From: Pyrodictiaceae archaeon
Lineage (GTDB): Archaea; Thermoproteota; Thermoprotei_A; Sulfolobales; Pyrodictiaceae
Reading direction: 5' to 3'
Assembly (NCBI GenBank): GCA_027036135.1
Contig: JALVSY010000007.1
Coordinates: 484,880 to 548,879, forward strand
DNA: 64,000 bases
A program made the position numbers and the translations under genes. The notes beneath the pieces were generated by a model, which worked only from the letters and a program-made list of their open reading frames with translations, did no database searches and was not told where the DNA came from. Below are positions 1 to 10,451 of the stretch, one piece after another (the stretch's first letter is position 1; the number at the start of each line of letters is the position of its first letter).

Positions 1-438
1 AGCACTGCTGGGGAACAACTACTAGTACTAGCCGATACCTGTGGCCTCATACTACCCGACTGGAAGAGCTACGCAGACCTCCTAGCACTCGGAGCACTAG
101 AGAAGCTAAGATAATACAGCTACCCCACAGCATGGAGTCTCCACAAAGAGCTGCTCGGGATGTGGAGCCGCAGCGGGTTCCGCGACAAAGCATACGCAGC
201 GACCAGGGCTCTACGAGACCTACAAGCTAGCACTCTACTACTTCCTAGCCAGAGCCCTAAGAGAGAACAACCATGTCACGAAGCGGATACGGGTCCATAT
301 ATGCCGGCTAACCAGGAGAAACGGCGGCGTAGCTATGCACTACGGCGGCTCGCTGAGGAGAGACTCGACGCGAACCTAGAGACCACAGCGCTAACTATAA
401 CTACTCAGATAAATTCCCATGCTCAGCATGGTTTATGA
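1..438 (+). pseudogene. 3' remnant of an uncharacterised archaeal protein, disrupted by a stop and frameshifts
   Basis: Frame 1 reads ...PDWKSYADLLAL..LR*(TAA 112-114)..MWSRSGFRDKAY; a shifted frame continues LYETYKLALYY...NGGVAMHY, then returns to frame 1 for DANLETTAL. Confidence 0.5.
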
Positions 439-670
439 GGAGGATGTATTACCGCTCAGTATAAATGAGCATGACGAGGAAAATATATGGGATACGAGCA
501 GTCTCTAATTCCTCTTCAAGACTAGAAAAATAATAGGAGATAAGGATTAGTTACTTAGTCGAGGCGTTTCTTAGTGTTTTAATGAATCCTTATATTTTGC
601 TGATGGGTGTATGGAGCTATTATAGTAATTTATCTTAATCTTGTACAAAGACTCTATGCGGGGCTAGGTA

Positions 671-1795
671 TTGGTTTTACAAAGATCGGAGAAAGAATGT
701 ATTGCTATGGTACATGTTAACTATATCGTTAGGCCTAGGACTGGCGGAGAGTACGTATATCGTGTTATCCATGATGAGTTGAAAAGACGCGGTTACCGGG
801 TAATCAATGTATCAAAGACCGAGCTCGTGGAGAGACTTTGTAGGTGCAGAGAAAAGAAGTCACCGTATATTAGGAACATAGCCAGCGCAGCAGCAGAGAT
901 ACCGGCCCGACTATACTGCTATCTAGCTAGCATCTATTTTCTTCGGAAAAAGGGGTGCATCGTCATAACTTCCTCGGCGCCTGGCTTTCCCGTCTTAGGC
1001 GATATAACATATCATCAGCCCTTCTCCGGCGTAGGTTTCTGGAGGGAATACATCAAGCCTACGCCGAGAGACATAGTAATGAAGAGCCTTGATGCATTAT
1101 CATCGCCCCTCTGGGAGGTTACTAAGCATCGATTAATACATATCAGTAATAGTAAGTTCACTGCTCGCCTAGTCAAGAAGACATATGGTGTAGACTCTAT
1201 CGTAATTTATCCGCCTGTGCCAGCAAAGAAACTAGTAAGGAGAGTATAAAACGGACAGAGACCTAGGGATTGCATATTAGTGACGAGACTTACCTATGAT
1301 GGAGGAGCACTCCTCCTCCCTCTTATAGCTAGGCATCTTCCGAGAAACATCAAGGTGCGGATAATCGGTAGAATAGATGATACGGGCAGGAATGTGCTAA
1401 GAGAGCTGAAGAGGCTAGACATCAATCATGCTTATCTCGGCTTTGTGGACGAAAATACCAAACAAGAGCTACTAGGTAAGTGTAATGTGTTCCTCCACTT
1501 AGGCGTCAACGAGCCCTTTGGAATAGCTGTCGTAGAGGCCATGGCATCGGGATTAATCCCGATAGCTCATCGAAGCGGAGCCATACCAGAATACATGCCT
1601 AGAGAACTAACATACATTTACCCCGAGGAAGCCGCCCAGAAAATAGCCCAAATCTTAGAGACGAGCCCCACTAGCCTAGACGAGCTGAGAAACAGTCTAC
1701 GCCAACGTGCGCTCAGATTCGACGAGGAGATTTTTAGAGCAAAAATGGCTTACACAATAAAGCTACTCGTTAAAACTAGACAAGAGCAATTATAG
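671..1795 (+). pseudogene. GT4 glycosyltransferase split by an in-frame stop
   Basis: ORFs 671..1249 (SNSKFT, VIYPPV) and 1280..1795 (EPFGIAVVEAMASG) are in the same frame, separated only by TAA 1247-1249 and 10 sense codons. Confidence 0.8.
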
Positions 1796-1903
1796 TAATA
1801 GAATCTCGATATAAGACGGAACCTGGCCGAAAGGCTATAGACTGGACAAATCTATATGATAGCATCCTAGCATTTTGGAGAGGGGTTTACGAGGAGCGAT
1901 AAG

Positions 1904-3040
1904 TTGTCGAGAAGGAAGCGTGCCTGCATAGTGCATAACTCTATGAATATTACTGGCGGCGGCGAGCGCCTAGCAATGGCTGTCCTTGAGGCGTTGAAGG
2001 AGCTGGGGTACCGGGTAACGCTCATAACGACTGAGCCCACGAACTGGGAAAAGGTTGACCGCGTATATGGTGGCCGTGCTCCCCGGCCCGATGAGGAGTT
2101 CAGTGTCCTTCCTTTCCCCGTCCGCACCTTCGGCATATATATGAGGCTCCTCACAGCCCTAGGCCTCCTGGCTAAGAGAAAAGAATGCGACCTAACAATT
2201 AATACTCATGGCGATGTACTCCCTCTGTCAACCGATATAGTCTACATGCACTTCCCGACCTTCGCCGTGCTCCGCGAGAGCCCCAGCAACGCCAAGTACT
2301 CAAAGTCCCTATTCTGGAGGCTTTACTTCGCTCCATACGAGGCAATTCAAGGTTTCCTCGCGAAACGCATGAGCTGGAGAATCCTCCTCACGAACTCTGA
2401 GTATTCGCGCGACGTTATACGCAAATACGTAGGAGCCAACGCGCTAGTAGTCTACCCCCCGGTAAACATAGATGAGTTCCTGGAAGCAAGTAAGACACCG
2501 CCAGAGAAGAGAGAAGATATAGTAGTGGCATGCGGCAGATTCACGCCAGAGAAACGACACGACTTCGTCCTAGAAGTAGCCGAGCATTTGCCGGACGTGG
2601 AGTTCCACATAGTGGGGGCCTCGAGCGGCAAAGTCTCACCACCCTACATCGCAAAACTAAGAAAAATAATAGAGAAGAAACACCTGCGTAACGTAAAGCT
2701 CCACGTAGACTACCCGCGACGAGACCAAGTAAAACTATACTCAAGAGCCAAGGCCTACATACACGCAATGATAGGCGAACACTTCGGAATAGCTGTCGTA
2801 GAGGCCATGGCGGCAGGCCTAGTACCAGTAGTACATATGAGCGGAGGGCCCTGGAACGACATAATATACCACGGCAAATACGGCTACGGATACCATAGCC
2901 TAGAAGAAGCAGGAGCAGCCATAGAAAAAGCCCTCAGGAATTACCAAGCGCTAAGGGAGAAAGTGATTAACAGGGCAAAGGAATTCTCGTACCAAAGATT
3001 CAAAAAACGCATAAAGAGAATAGTAGAAACAATTAATTAG
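1904..3040 (+). CDS. GT4 family glycosyltransferase (ALG11-like)
   Basis: GGGER near N-terminus, NSEYS, VVYPPV, GRFTPEK, EHFGIAVVEAMAAG. Confidence 0.92.
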   Translation: MSRRKRACIVHNSMNITGGGERLAMAVLEALKELGYRVTLITTEPTNWEKVDRVYGGRAPRPDEEFSVLPFPVRTFGIYMRLLTALGLLAKRKECDLTINTHGDVLPLSTDIVYMHFPTFAVLRESPSNAKYSKSLFWRLYFAPYEAIQGFLAKRMSWRILLTNSEYSRDVIRKYVGANALVVYPPVNIDEFLEASKTPPEKREDIVVACGRFTPEKRHDFVLEVAEHLPDVEFHIVGASSGKVSPPYIAKLRKIIEKKHLRNVKLHVDYPRRDQVKLYSRAKAYIHAMIGEHFGIAVVEAMAAGLVPVVHMSGGPWNDIIYHGKYGYGYHSLEEAGAAIEKALRNYQALREKVINRAKEFSYQRFKKRIKRIVETIN

Positions 3041-3057
3041 CGTTCTAGGGGACAAAA

Positions 3058-4167
3058 ATGAAGATAGCTATTATACATCCGGATATCAATGTCATGGGGG
3101 GCGGCGAGCTAGTATGTTTCCTTATGGCAAAGTCATTATTAGAAAAGGGGTATAGTGTAAGTATACTTACAGCCAAAGAACCAGACAAAACAGAGGCATT
3201 TAGAAGATTTGGTATAGACATCGATGAGTTCGATATAATAGTGAAAAGACCTTTTCTTGACAAGTTCTTGGAGATTAGCGGTAAGTTCGTCGGCTACAGA
3301 TGGGCTAGTATCCTTAATGCACTCTTTAAGGAGGCGAAGAACGGGGGGTACGATATAATAATTGATACACAGACAAACATGCTTACAAAAAGCGATATAG
3401 TTTACATTCACTATGTAAGCTCTATCAAGCTTAGACGGGGACTCTTAACCACCTTGTATAATAGTCTTATTAAGAGAAAGCTTGAAAGAATCCTAGGAAA
3501 TCCTAGAGTGCTACTCACTAATAGTAGTTGGACTGCAAGGCAGGTTAGGGAGCGTTTTGGCAGGGATTCGTTGGTTGTTTATCCTCCGGTTGATGTTAAT
3601 TATTATATGAAGGCATGGAGTAATACTAGTAGGGATAGAGTTGTTGTTACGGTATCTAGGCTTGATCCTGTAAAGAGGCTTGATTCCATAGTGGATATAG
3701 CTAGTATGGTGAAGGATTATACCTTTATAATACTTGGTGCTAGTTTTAGGGATCATGAAAGTGTCGTAGCTAAGATCAAAGAGAAGATGGATAGGCTTAG
3801 AGTAAATAATGTAAAGTTGATCATTGATGCTCCGCGCGATGAGAGGCTGGGTATAATGGCGAGGGCGCGGTATTATGTGCATCCACCGTTTCCCGAGCCC
3901 TTTGGAATAGCTGTTGTTGAGGCTATGGCGGCAGGCCTAGTACCGATAATTTACCGGAATAGTGGTACTTGGATTGATGTAGTATCAAAGGTTTCCAGTC
4001 TCTTAGGTTATAATCATGTAAATGAAGTGCCTAAGATAATTAGGACGCTTGATAATAATGACGAGCTTTATCGTGCAATAAGGAATAAGATACAATTAAT
4101 TATAAGAGATTTTAGCTACGAGAGCTTCAGTAAGAAGATACTCAACGTAATAAAAACCTTAGAGTAG
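3058..4167 (+). CDS. GT4 family glycosyltransferase
   Basis: GGGELV, NSSWT, VVYPPV, EPFGIAVVEAMAAG. Confidence 0.92.
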   Translation: MKIAIIHPDINVMGGGELVCFLMAKSLLEKGYSVSILTAKEPDKTEAFRRFGIDIDEFDIIVKRPFLDKFLEISGKFVGYRWASILNALFKEAKNGGYDIIIDTQTNMLTKSDIVYIHYVSSIKLRRGLLTTLYNSLIKRKLERILGNPRVLLTNSSWTARQVRERFGRDSLVVYPPVDVNYYMKAWSNTSRDRVVVTVSRLDPVKRLDSIVDIASMVKDYTFIILGASFRDHESVVAKIKEKMDRLRVNNVKLIIDAPRDERLGIMARARYYVHPPFPEPFGIAVVEAMAAGLVPIIYRNSGTWIDVVSKVSSLLGYNHVNEVPKIIRTLDNNDELYRAIRNKIQLIIRDFSYESFSKKILNVIKTLE

Positions 4168-4271
4168 TCCTTGACTGGTGAATATAAATACCCCTTAGTT
4201 ATGTAGGCATAAAGGGACAAAGTAGCCTATAGCTATGCACGATGACTAATTCCCGGGGCCCAGCCGGAGCC

Positions 4272-4721
4272 ATGACGCTGTTGGCGATTGTTTTGGAGAG
4301 GCTAGGATCGCTATACGCCGAGGCGTCGGAGGGAGCATTGTGTCTTGCTGAGCGTGTGCTGGCTCCGGCTGGGCCTATACCGCGTAGGGCTGTTCGTGGT
4401 CTCTTGGGTCGTGCTCTCCGCAACGGTGCTTGGAGAGCCCTGCCCTGGGAGACCCGGGCCCTCCTCCTAGCCACGGCCCGTGCCCCGGTGCGGGTCTATC
4501 GCTCCCCCGTGTTGCTCGCCCTGCTCCGCCGTGCGTGGCTGCTCGTGGAGCTAGCGACTATGCGTGGGAAAGCCGTGGTAGCAGCACTAACGCACCTCCT
4601 AGCGAGGGGCGTGGCTCAGGGGCTCTACTCGTTGCTCCGGAGAGGCCTAGACAAACTCATAGCTATAGGGATCCAGGTACTAAACAACCCCTGGCTGCAG
4701 AGAATAATCCCCGCGACGTAG
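4272..4721 (+). CDS. hypothetical protein, paralog of 16421..16852
   Basis: Near-identical protein to 16421..16852 (ALRNGAW..LP.ETRALLLA; LIAIGIQVLNNPWL); start placed at the ATG shared by both copies. Confidence 0.7.
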   Translation: MTLLAIVLERLGSLYAEASEGALCLAERVLAPAGPIPRRAVRGLLGRALRNGAWRALPWETRALLLATARAPVRVYRSPVLLALLRRAWLLVELATMRGKAVVAALTHLLARGVAQGLYSLLRRGLDKLIAIGIQVLNNPWLQRIIPAT

Positions 4722-4977
4722 GGCATCCTTGGAGCTAGCCGTCATGGGCCGAGTAATTGTAGTTATTCTCAACAAGGGTTTGGAGCTATAGGGGAGTATA
4801 GGAGTAATAGGGATTGGGCTCCAAAGTAGCATCTCGTGGTAGGCTGGAAGCAAAGATACTGATTACACGTATAATGATGATGGATTTTTGAGGGATTCAT
4901 ATGTATCTTGGCCTAGAGCGAACGAATAGCAAGGCTGGAGGAGGCCCATACGCCTCCCTCTGTAGGAGTGTGATTGT

Positions 4978-5262
4978 GTGCGCATAGTATTTACCGAGCA
5001 TGCTCTCCGGCGCATGGAGGAGCGCGGGGTCACAAGAGAGGACGTCTACGAGGTTCTCGGGGAGCCGGACGAGCTACTACTTGACACCGAGACTGGTCGC
5101 CTCGTCGCGGTAAAGTACGGTGCTGGGCTCTGCGTGGTAGCAGACATCACGGAGGACGTAGCGAAGGTAGTGACGGTGCTAATTAACAGCAACCTAGAAA
5201 GGCTCGTAGAGCGTAGGAAGAGAAAGGGAAGGTGGGCTCCATGGCTGAGGAGACAAGACTGA
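4978..5262 (+). CDS. DUF4258 family putative toxin (RelE/BrnT-like)
   Basis: IVFTEHALRRMEERGVT...KVVTV; overlaps downstream DUF2283 gene. Confidence 0.8.
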   Translation: MRIVFTEHALRRMEERGVTREDVYEVLGEPDELLLDTETGRLVAVKYGAGLCVVADITEDVAKVVTVLINSNLERLVERRKRKGRWAPWLRRQD

Positions 5263-5522
5263 TCGAGTACGACCCTGAAGCCGATGTGCTTACGGTGAAC
5301 CTCCAACCCGGGAAGAGGATAGCTAGAGACATACTGCTTGACAACGACGTGGTAGTCTCGGTTGACGAGAACGGTGAGGCCATACAAGTACAGATCCTGG
5401 ATGCTAGCCGCCGCGGCCTCCTCCAAGCACTAATAAAGCTCTATAGGCACAAGAAAGCCCTATTACAACTACTCATGGAGGCGGAGCGCCGCGAAACAAG
5501 CCGACAAACCAGCACAGGGTAG
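5241..5522 (+). CDS. DUF2283 family putative antitoxin
   Basis: YDPEADVLTV...DENGEAIQVQILDAS. Confidence 0.8.
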   Translation: MAEETRLIEYDPEADVLTVNLQPGKRIARDILLDNDVVVSVDENGEAIQVQILDASRRGLLQALIKLYRHKKALLQLLMEAERRETSRQTSTG

Positions 5523-5694
5523 TAAGCCGAGAGTGCGCTGCCAGCGAGCCAGTAGCTACACTAGCTCATTGATTGCCTCATAGTAGTTATCTCTAATCCT
5601 AAAGCAGGGCAAAGGTCATGGCTAGAGTTATGGGCGAGGCGCCGGGTGCGAGGATCTAATGGTGGATTGTCCTCGTGGCGTACAGAGACGTTGA

Positions 5695-5769
5695 CTAGAC
5701 GTGTTCATAGCTATAGGCGCCCAGGTTCTCAACAATCCCTGGCTACAGAGAATAATCCCGGCGACGTGA
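5695..5769 (+). repeat. 75-bp diverged copy of the 3' end (4647..4721) of the hypothetical gene
   Basis: Translates LDVFIAIGAQVLNNPWLQRIIPAT* versus LDKLIAIGIQVLNNPWLQRIIPAT*. Confidence 0.85.
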
Positions 5770-5824
5770 CTGGTAGGCGTTATTAGGTGCGCAGTAGTCG
5801 AGAGTACCCCTAGGTAGCAAATAA

Positions 5825-6220
5825 GTGGGCAAGTCAGCCTTAGCGCTTCCTTGGGAGAGAAGGGCTATGGGCCATGTCTGGGTTAGAGTCCGAGTAGGCG
5901 ACCCAGAGAAGAGAAGGATAGTGGAAGTCACAGCCCTAGTTGATACAGAAGCAACATTAACTGTGATTCCGCGAGACTTAGCAGAAAAGCTAGGGCTAAG
6001 GGTAACTGGTAAGGTATCGGCTACAACAGCTACTGGTAAGGTGGTGCTTGACCGCACTAGGGTATGGCTAGAGCTAGAGGATCGAGAAGAGATAGTGCCA
6101 GCAGTCATATCTGATACGATAGACAAGGTGCTCATAGGGGTTACTGCCTTAGAGATCCTAGGGCTACAAGTGGACCCCGTTACTGGGAAGCTAAGGGAAT
6201 GGACAATATTGCTGTACTAG
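5825..6220 (+). CDS. clan AA (retroviral-like) aspartyl protease family protein
   Basis: ALVDTEATLTVIP and LIGVTALEILGLQVDP; catalytic DTG reads DTE; true start probably ATG 5867. Confidence 0.8.
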   Translation: MGKSALALPWERRAMGHVWVRVRVGDPEKRRIVEVTALVDTEATLTVIPRDLAEKLGLRVTGKVSATTATGKVVLDRTRVWLELEDREEIVPAVISDTIDKVLIGVTALEILGLQVDPVTGKLREWTILLY

Positions 6221-6296
6221 GCTGCCGAGACGAGGCGTGCATAGGAGAGTATTGGCTAGAAACCCAGGCCCCCTGCCTTCTGGTAGTGTTTGAGTT

Positions 6297-7319
6297 TTGA
6301 AGAGGGTTAGGCTTCGATTCGCTCGCGGCGTTGAGGTAGAGTTTGTGGATCGTGATAGGGCTGTTAGGCAGGTTAGCGGTATTGCTGAGAGGGGTACTAG
6401 GTTCCCTTTGGTGGTCTATGGCCCAGAGGGTTGTGGGAAGACTGCGCTGCTTAGACAAGCTGGCGCTATTTTCGAGGAGCATGGTTACAGCGTTGTGTAT
6501 GTTGATCCCTTGGCGGAGAGTGTAGGTGATGCGCTGCACTACACCGGGCCCCTCCGCGACATTGTCAGAGAGGTGTTGGGGTTATTCCCGGAGCCTTACT
6601 CGAGGATAGTGGACGCAGCGATAAGGATTATTGGCGAGGCGATGAGGAGGCTCCGGAGGCCCCGCGTGGCCCTCTTACTTGATGACTTATTCCAGGCTGT
6701 GGGGCCTGGGGTGGCGGAGAGGTATGTTAAGGCATTGCTTAATCTCATCGAGTACCCGCCCGGGGACTATGAGAGCATAGTAGTCATGGTCTCGTCTAGC
6801 GAGGGGGCTACTAGGAAGACTATAGGGAGGCATAGCTGGGCATCGCCACGGCTACTCTGGAACATGAGCAAAGATGGCTTCGCAGAGCTCTACGACAAAG
6901 TACCAGGCCCCAAGCCTGGCTACGAGGAGGCCTGGAGACTAGCCGGGGGGAACCCTAGGTACCTAGGAAAACTCTACGAAGCCAACTGGGACCCAGCCCC
7001 CGTCATAGACGAGATAGCGAGGACCCGTGGCCTCGAAGCACTAGCCAAGACCCTGGGCACGAGGGAACGGGAACTTCTCCAAGCCATGCTCAGCGACCCG
7101 GACACGTTGTTCGAGAGACTCGGTGAACCAGAGGCCCAGAGACTCGCTGAGAAACTAGTAGAGCTAAACATGATCGTGGAGCTCTGGGATAGGAACGAGT
7201 GGCTCTGGATAGATACCCCGCCACCCGAGAAGGACCCCGGCCTAGGCATAGGTAGGCACTACGCCTGGCAGACACCACTACACAGAGAAGCAATGCGGAA
7301 AGCACTAGGACATGAATAA
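6297..7319 (+). CDS. archaeal ATPase (P-loop, ATPase_2-type)
   Basis: FVDRD, Walker A GPEGCGKT, LLLDD, GGNPR; paralog of 15089..16126. Confidence 0.85.
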   Translation: MKRVRLRFARGVEVEFVDRDRAVRQVSGIAERGTRFPLVVYGPEGCGKTALLRQAGAIFEEHGYSVVYVDPLAESVGDALHYTGPLRDIVREVLGLFPEPYSRIVDAAIRIIGEAMRRLRRPRVALLLDDLFQAVGPGVAERYVKALLNLIEYPPGDYESIVVMVSSSEGATRKTIGRHSWASPRLLWNMSKDGFAELYDKVPGPKPGYEEAWRLAGGNPRYLGKLYEANWDPAPVIDEIARTRGLEALAKTLGTRERELLQAMLSDPDTLFERLGEPEAQRLAEKLVELNMIVELWDRNEWLWIDTPPPEKDPGLGIGRHYAWQTPLHREAMRKALGHE

Positions 7320-7332
7320 CTAGAGACAAGAC

Positions 7333-8127
7333 ATGGTGAATGGGTGGCGGAGGGAGTTCCCTGGCTTGAAGCGTGTGGTCGCAGCCATATTGGCTGGTGG
7401 GGAGGGTCGGAGGTTCCGGCCCTATACAGAGATTATCCCGAAGCCCATGATACCTGTGGGGCCGGAGGAGAAGCCCATCCTCGAGCATATTGTGGTGTGG
7501 CTTGTCCGGCACGGGCTACGGGACATAGTGGTTCTCGCCGGGTATCGGTGGAGGCAGATAAGGAACTATTTCCGCGACGGAGGCTACTGGGGCGCCAGGA
7601 TAAGGTACAGCATAGACACGCCGGAGTACAGCGACACTGGCGGCGCCCTACTAAACGCTTATAGGCAGGGACTCTTCGACGGCGCCGACCACGTACTTGT
7701 CTGGTACGGCGATATACTAGCACCCCTGGATATAAGAGAGCTCCTAGACAAGCACATAGGCATCAACGCTGACGCGACACTAGCCCTCGCCGACCGCTAC
7801 CAAGTCCCAGTAGGCGTGGCGAAGCTAAGAGGAGACGATGTGGTTGAGCTAGTTGAGAAGCCCTGGCTAGACATAAACGTGACAATAGGGATACTCGCGC
7901 TCAGAAAAACCGTGCTCTCCGAGGCCGAGAAGAGCCTCGGCAAGAGCTTCGACATAATGACGCACCTAGTCCCCTGGATGATAAAGAACGGGAAACGAGT
8001 CAAGGCCTATACCTACCGGGGCCCCTGGTACGACGTAGGAAGCATGGAGAGATACGCGAAACTAGACCACAACAACCTAGCAGGATTCCTAGCCCCACAG
8101 AGCGCCACGAATGAGAGGAGAGGATAA
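7333..8127 (+). CDS. sugar-phosphate nucleotidyltransferase (NTP_transferase)
   Basis: ILAGGEGRRFRP..PKPMIPV, DTGGAL, YGD, EKP, WYDVGS. Confidence 0.9.
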   Translation: MVNGWRREFPGLKRVVAAILAGGEGRRFRPYTEIIPKPMIPVGPEEKPILEHIVVWLVRHGLRDIVVLAGYRWRQIRNYFRDGGYWGARIRYSIDTPEYSDTGGALLNAYRQGLFDGADHVLVWYGDILAPLDIRELLDKHIGINADATLALADRYQVPVGVAKLRGDDVVELVEKPWLDINVTIGILALRKTVLSEAEKSLGKSFDIMTHLVPWMIKNGKRVKAYTYRGPWYDVGSMERYAKLDHNNLAGFLAPQSATNERRG

Positions 8128-8338
8128 AGGAACAAAGCGCTATGGCTTTGAAGCAGTACTCGGTGCATAGATGGCCTCGTGAGGCAAAACATAGGCTTAT
8201 TGGTGTAAGCAGGGCTGGCACGGAAACACCGGTGAGCTAGAGTAAGAAGCGAGGAGAACAGTCTTCTGAGCACATACTATAGCTGGGGGCCTGCTGTGAA
8301 GCCTTACTACGGCTGGCTTCTTTCCCGGGTAGGAGTGT

Positions 8339-8590
8339 TTGAGAATACGGTTTACGCGGCATGCACGCGAGAAGATGCAGCTGCTAGCCAGGTACGGCTT
8401 CCACGTCACCGAGGACATGGTGGTTGAGACTATCCGGAGCCCAGCACGTGTAGATCTTAGAGGCGAACAGTTCTTAGCGATCCGGCCAATAGATGGGAAA
8501 TATGCTCTGCGCGTTGTCTACGAGACTCGGGGAAGCGAGATAGTGGTCATAACACTATACCCTGTGCGGAGGGATCGATATGGTGTCTAG
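8339..8590 (+). CDS. DUF4258 family putative toxin
   Basis: IRFTRHAREKM...LRVVYE...VVITLYP. Confidence 0.8.
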   Translation: MRIRFTRHAREKMQLLARYGFHVTEDMVVETIRSPARVDLRGEQFLAIRPIDGKYALRVVYETRGSEIVVITLYPVRRDRYGV

Positions 8591-8807
8591 GCCTACGCGG
8601 ATAGTGAGATACGATCCCGACGCGGACGCCCTGATAATAATCCTACGGCCCCGGGGAAGGCTCAGCTACGCCGAAGAGGAGGACAGTATAGTAATCCACT
8701 ACGACGAGGAAGGCAGGGTACTAGCGATAGAAATACTTGAAGCAAGCAAGATAATTCCTAGGCTAGTAGAGGCACTAGCTAAGAGACAAGCAGCAATACC
8801 GGCATAA
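8580..8807 (+). CDS. DUF2283 family putative antitoxin
   Basis: YDPDADALII...YDEEGRVLAIEILEAS. Confidence 0.85.
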   Translation: MVSRPTRIVRYDPDADALIIILRPRGRLSYAEEEDSIVIHYDEEGRVLAIEILEASKIIPRLVEALAKRQAAIPA

Positions 8808-8887
8808 ACGCTCCTAGAACATGTACGAGACCGATACCTTACCGCGGGGCATAGTAGTAACCAGGGTAGTTTGTGAACTAGCTTCAG

Positions 8888-9487
8888 GTGATCCGTTTGT
8901 CCAAGGACCTCGCCGAGCTACTTGACAAGCCGCTGCCTAGGCCGAGGAGAGATATGTTAGGTTATGCTGCAGCGCGTGTCCTGGAGGCCTTGCTGGAGGC
9001 CCTCATAGCGCTGCGCTTCCTCGAAGAAGGATTAACCAGGAACTCTGCTGGCAAGGCCTTCCTAGCCTGGAGGGCTTTGACGGGGGCACTACTGGCCCTG
9101 GAGAGGGACAGGGTACTTGGGAGACTAGTTGGCGTGGAGCAGAGGAAATGGCTGCTAGAGAGAGCAGTACCCAGGGTGCCGAGTAGCAGGCTCCATGCCC
9201 TAGGCCAGCTACTAGAGGATTCCGGGATTACTGGCTTCTCCGCGTACACAGCTATAGCGCTCCTACTACATGACTACCAGTACCACGGCCCAGACCCCGC
9301 TGGAGAGCTAAGCAAGTATACCACACGGGAAGAAGCAGCAAGAGACATACTCTACCTCCTAGACAAGCTCGTAGAGACCGTGGAGAATCTAAAGCCCCGA
9401 CTAAAAGAAGCTAAGAAATGGACCCAGGACCACGAAGAAGCACTACAAAAACTCCAAGAAAGACTCCGCAAGGCCCAGCAACACTAG
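8888..9487 (+). CDS. PaREP1 family (HEPN-like) protein
   Basis: EALLEALIALRFLEEGLTRNSAGKAFLAW...LHDYQYHGPD. Confidence 0.8.
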   Translation: MIRLSKDLAELLDKPLPRPRRDMLGYAAARVLEALLEALIALRFLEEGLTRNSAGKAFLAWRALTGALLALERDRVLGRLVGVEQRKWLLERAVPRVPSSRLHALGQLLEDSGITGFSAYTAIALLLHDYQYHGPDPAGELSKYTTREEAARDILYLLDKLVETVENLKPRLKEAKKWTQDHEEALQKLQERLRKAQQH

Positions 9488-9741
9488 AGAGAACAGAGGA
9501 TCATCAAAGCGGGGGGAACTAAGAGACAATAGAGCTAGCTCTACAGGGCTTGCCGAGAACCTTGGAACAAGAAAGAGCTGAGAGCGGTTCCTCAAGGCTC
9601 CCCAGAGGGTTCGGCGAGGCATTGACTAGCATAGAGGCTGGAGGTTGAGTGACTACTGTGAACCCAGGGCCCGGGGGTAAGCCATGTCTGCCGTAGCTAT
9701 GCTTATCCCTGTCCTCGCCCTAGTAGTATCTTTGTTGGGGT

Positions 9742-10374
9742 TTGCTGGTAGTGTCCCTGGTTGATAAGCTGTTGGAGGAGCTTCGGGGGAGCCGGGAGAA
9801 GGCCCGGGAGCTAGGGGAGCTCCTCGCCGAGGAAACTGCTAGCGCTGTGGTAGAGGAGCTGCTCCGGAGCCGCAGGCTGCGCCGAGAACTACTCCTAGTA
9901 GTCGCCAAGGAGGCAGCGACAAAGGATGATATAGAGAAGCTGGAAGAGAGGCTGGCAAGGATAGAGCAGGGGATGGTGACCAAGGAGGAGCTACGCGGGG
10001 AGGTAAATAGGCTAGAGGAGAGGATAAGCGGCTTAGAGCAGAAAATAGCAGAGCTAGCAACGAGAGAGGAGCTAGAGAAGCTGAGGCAAGAGGTACAAAG
10101 CCTAGCAAGGAGAGATGAACTGGAGAAGCTGAGACAAGAGATGAAGAGTCTTGCTACCCGGGAGGAGCTTTACCAGCTGAGGGAGGAGCTGCGCGGGGAG
10201 GTAAAGAGGCTGGAGGAGAGAATAGACAGGCTAGAGGAGAGGATAGACCGTGTATACGATGGCCTAAACCAGCGCCTCGACGCCCTGACAAGGTGGATGA
10301 TAGGGCTACTAGCAACCATCTGGGGCACGATAGTAGTGGCGGCGATAGCAGCGCTCAAGATACTGGCGCACTAG
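9742..10374 (+). CDS. coiled-coil repeat protein with C-terminal membrane anchor
   Basis: Repeated ATREEL/RLEERID units, then hydrophobic WMIGLLATIWGTIVVAAIAAL. Confidence 0.75.
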   Translation: MLVVSLVDKLLEELRGSREKARELGELLAEETASAVVEELLRSRRLRRELLLVVAKEAATKDDIEKLEERLARIEQGMVTKEELRGEVNRLEERISGLEQKIAELATREELEKLRQEVQSLARRDELEKLRQEMKSLATREELYQLREELRGEVKRLEERIDRLEERIDRVYDGLNQRLDALTRWMIGLLATIWGTIVVAAIAALKILAH

Positions 10375-10451
10375 GCCCTCCAAGGAGAGCCCCAGGGGTT
10401 GCCCGATCCCTGTTCCACTACAGCCTAGGCACGCTACTAGCCAAGGCCCAG

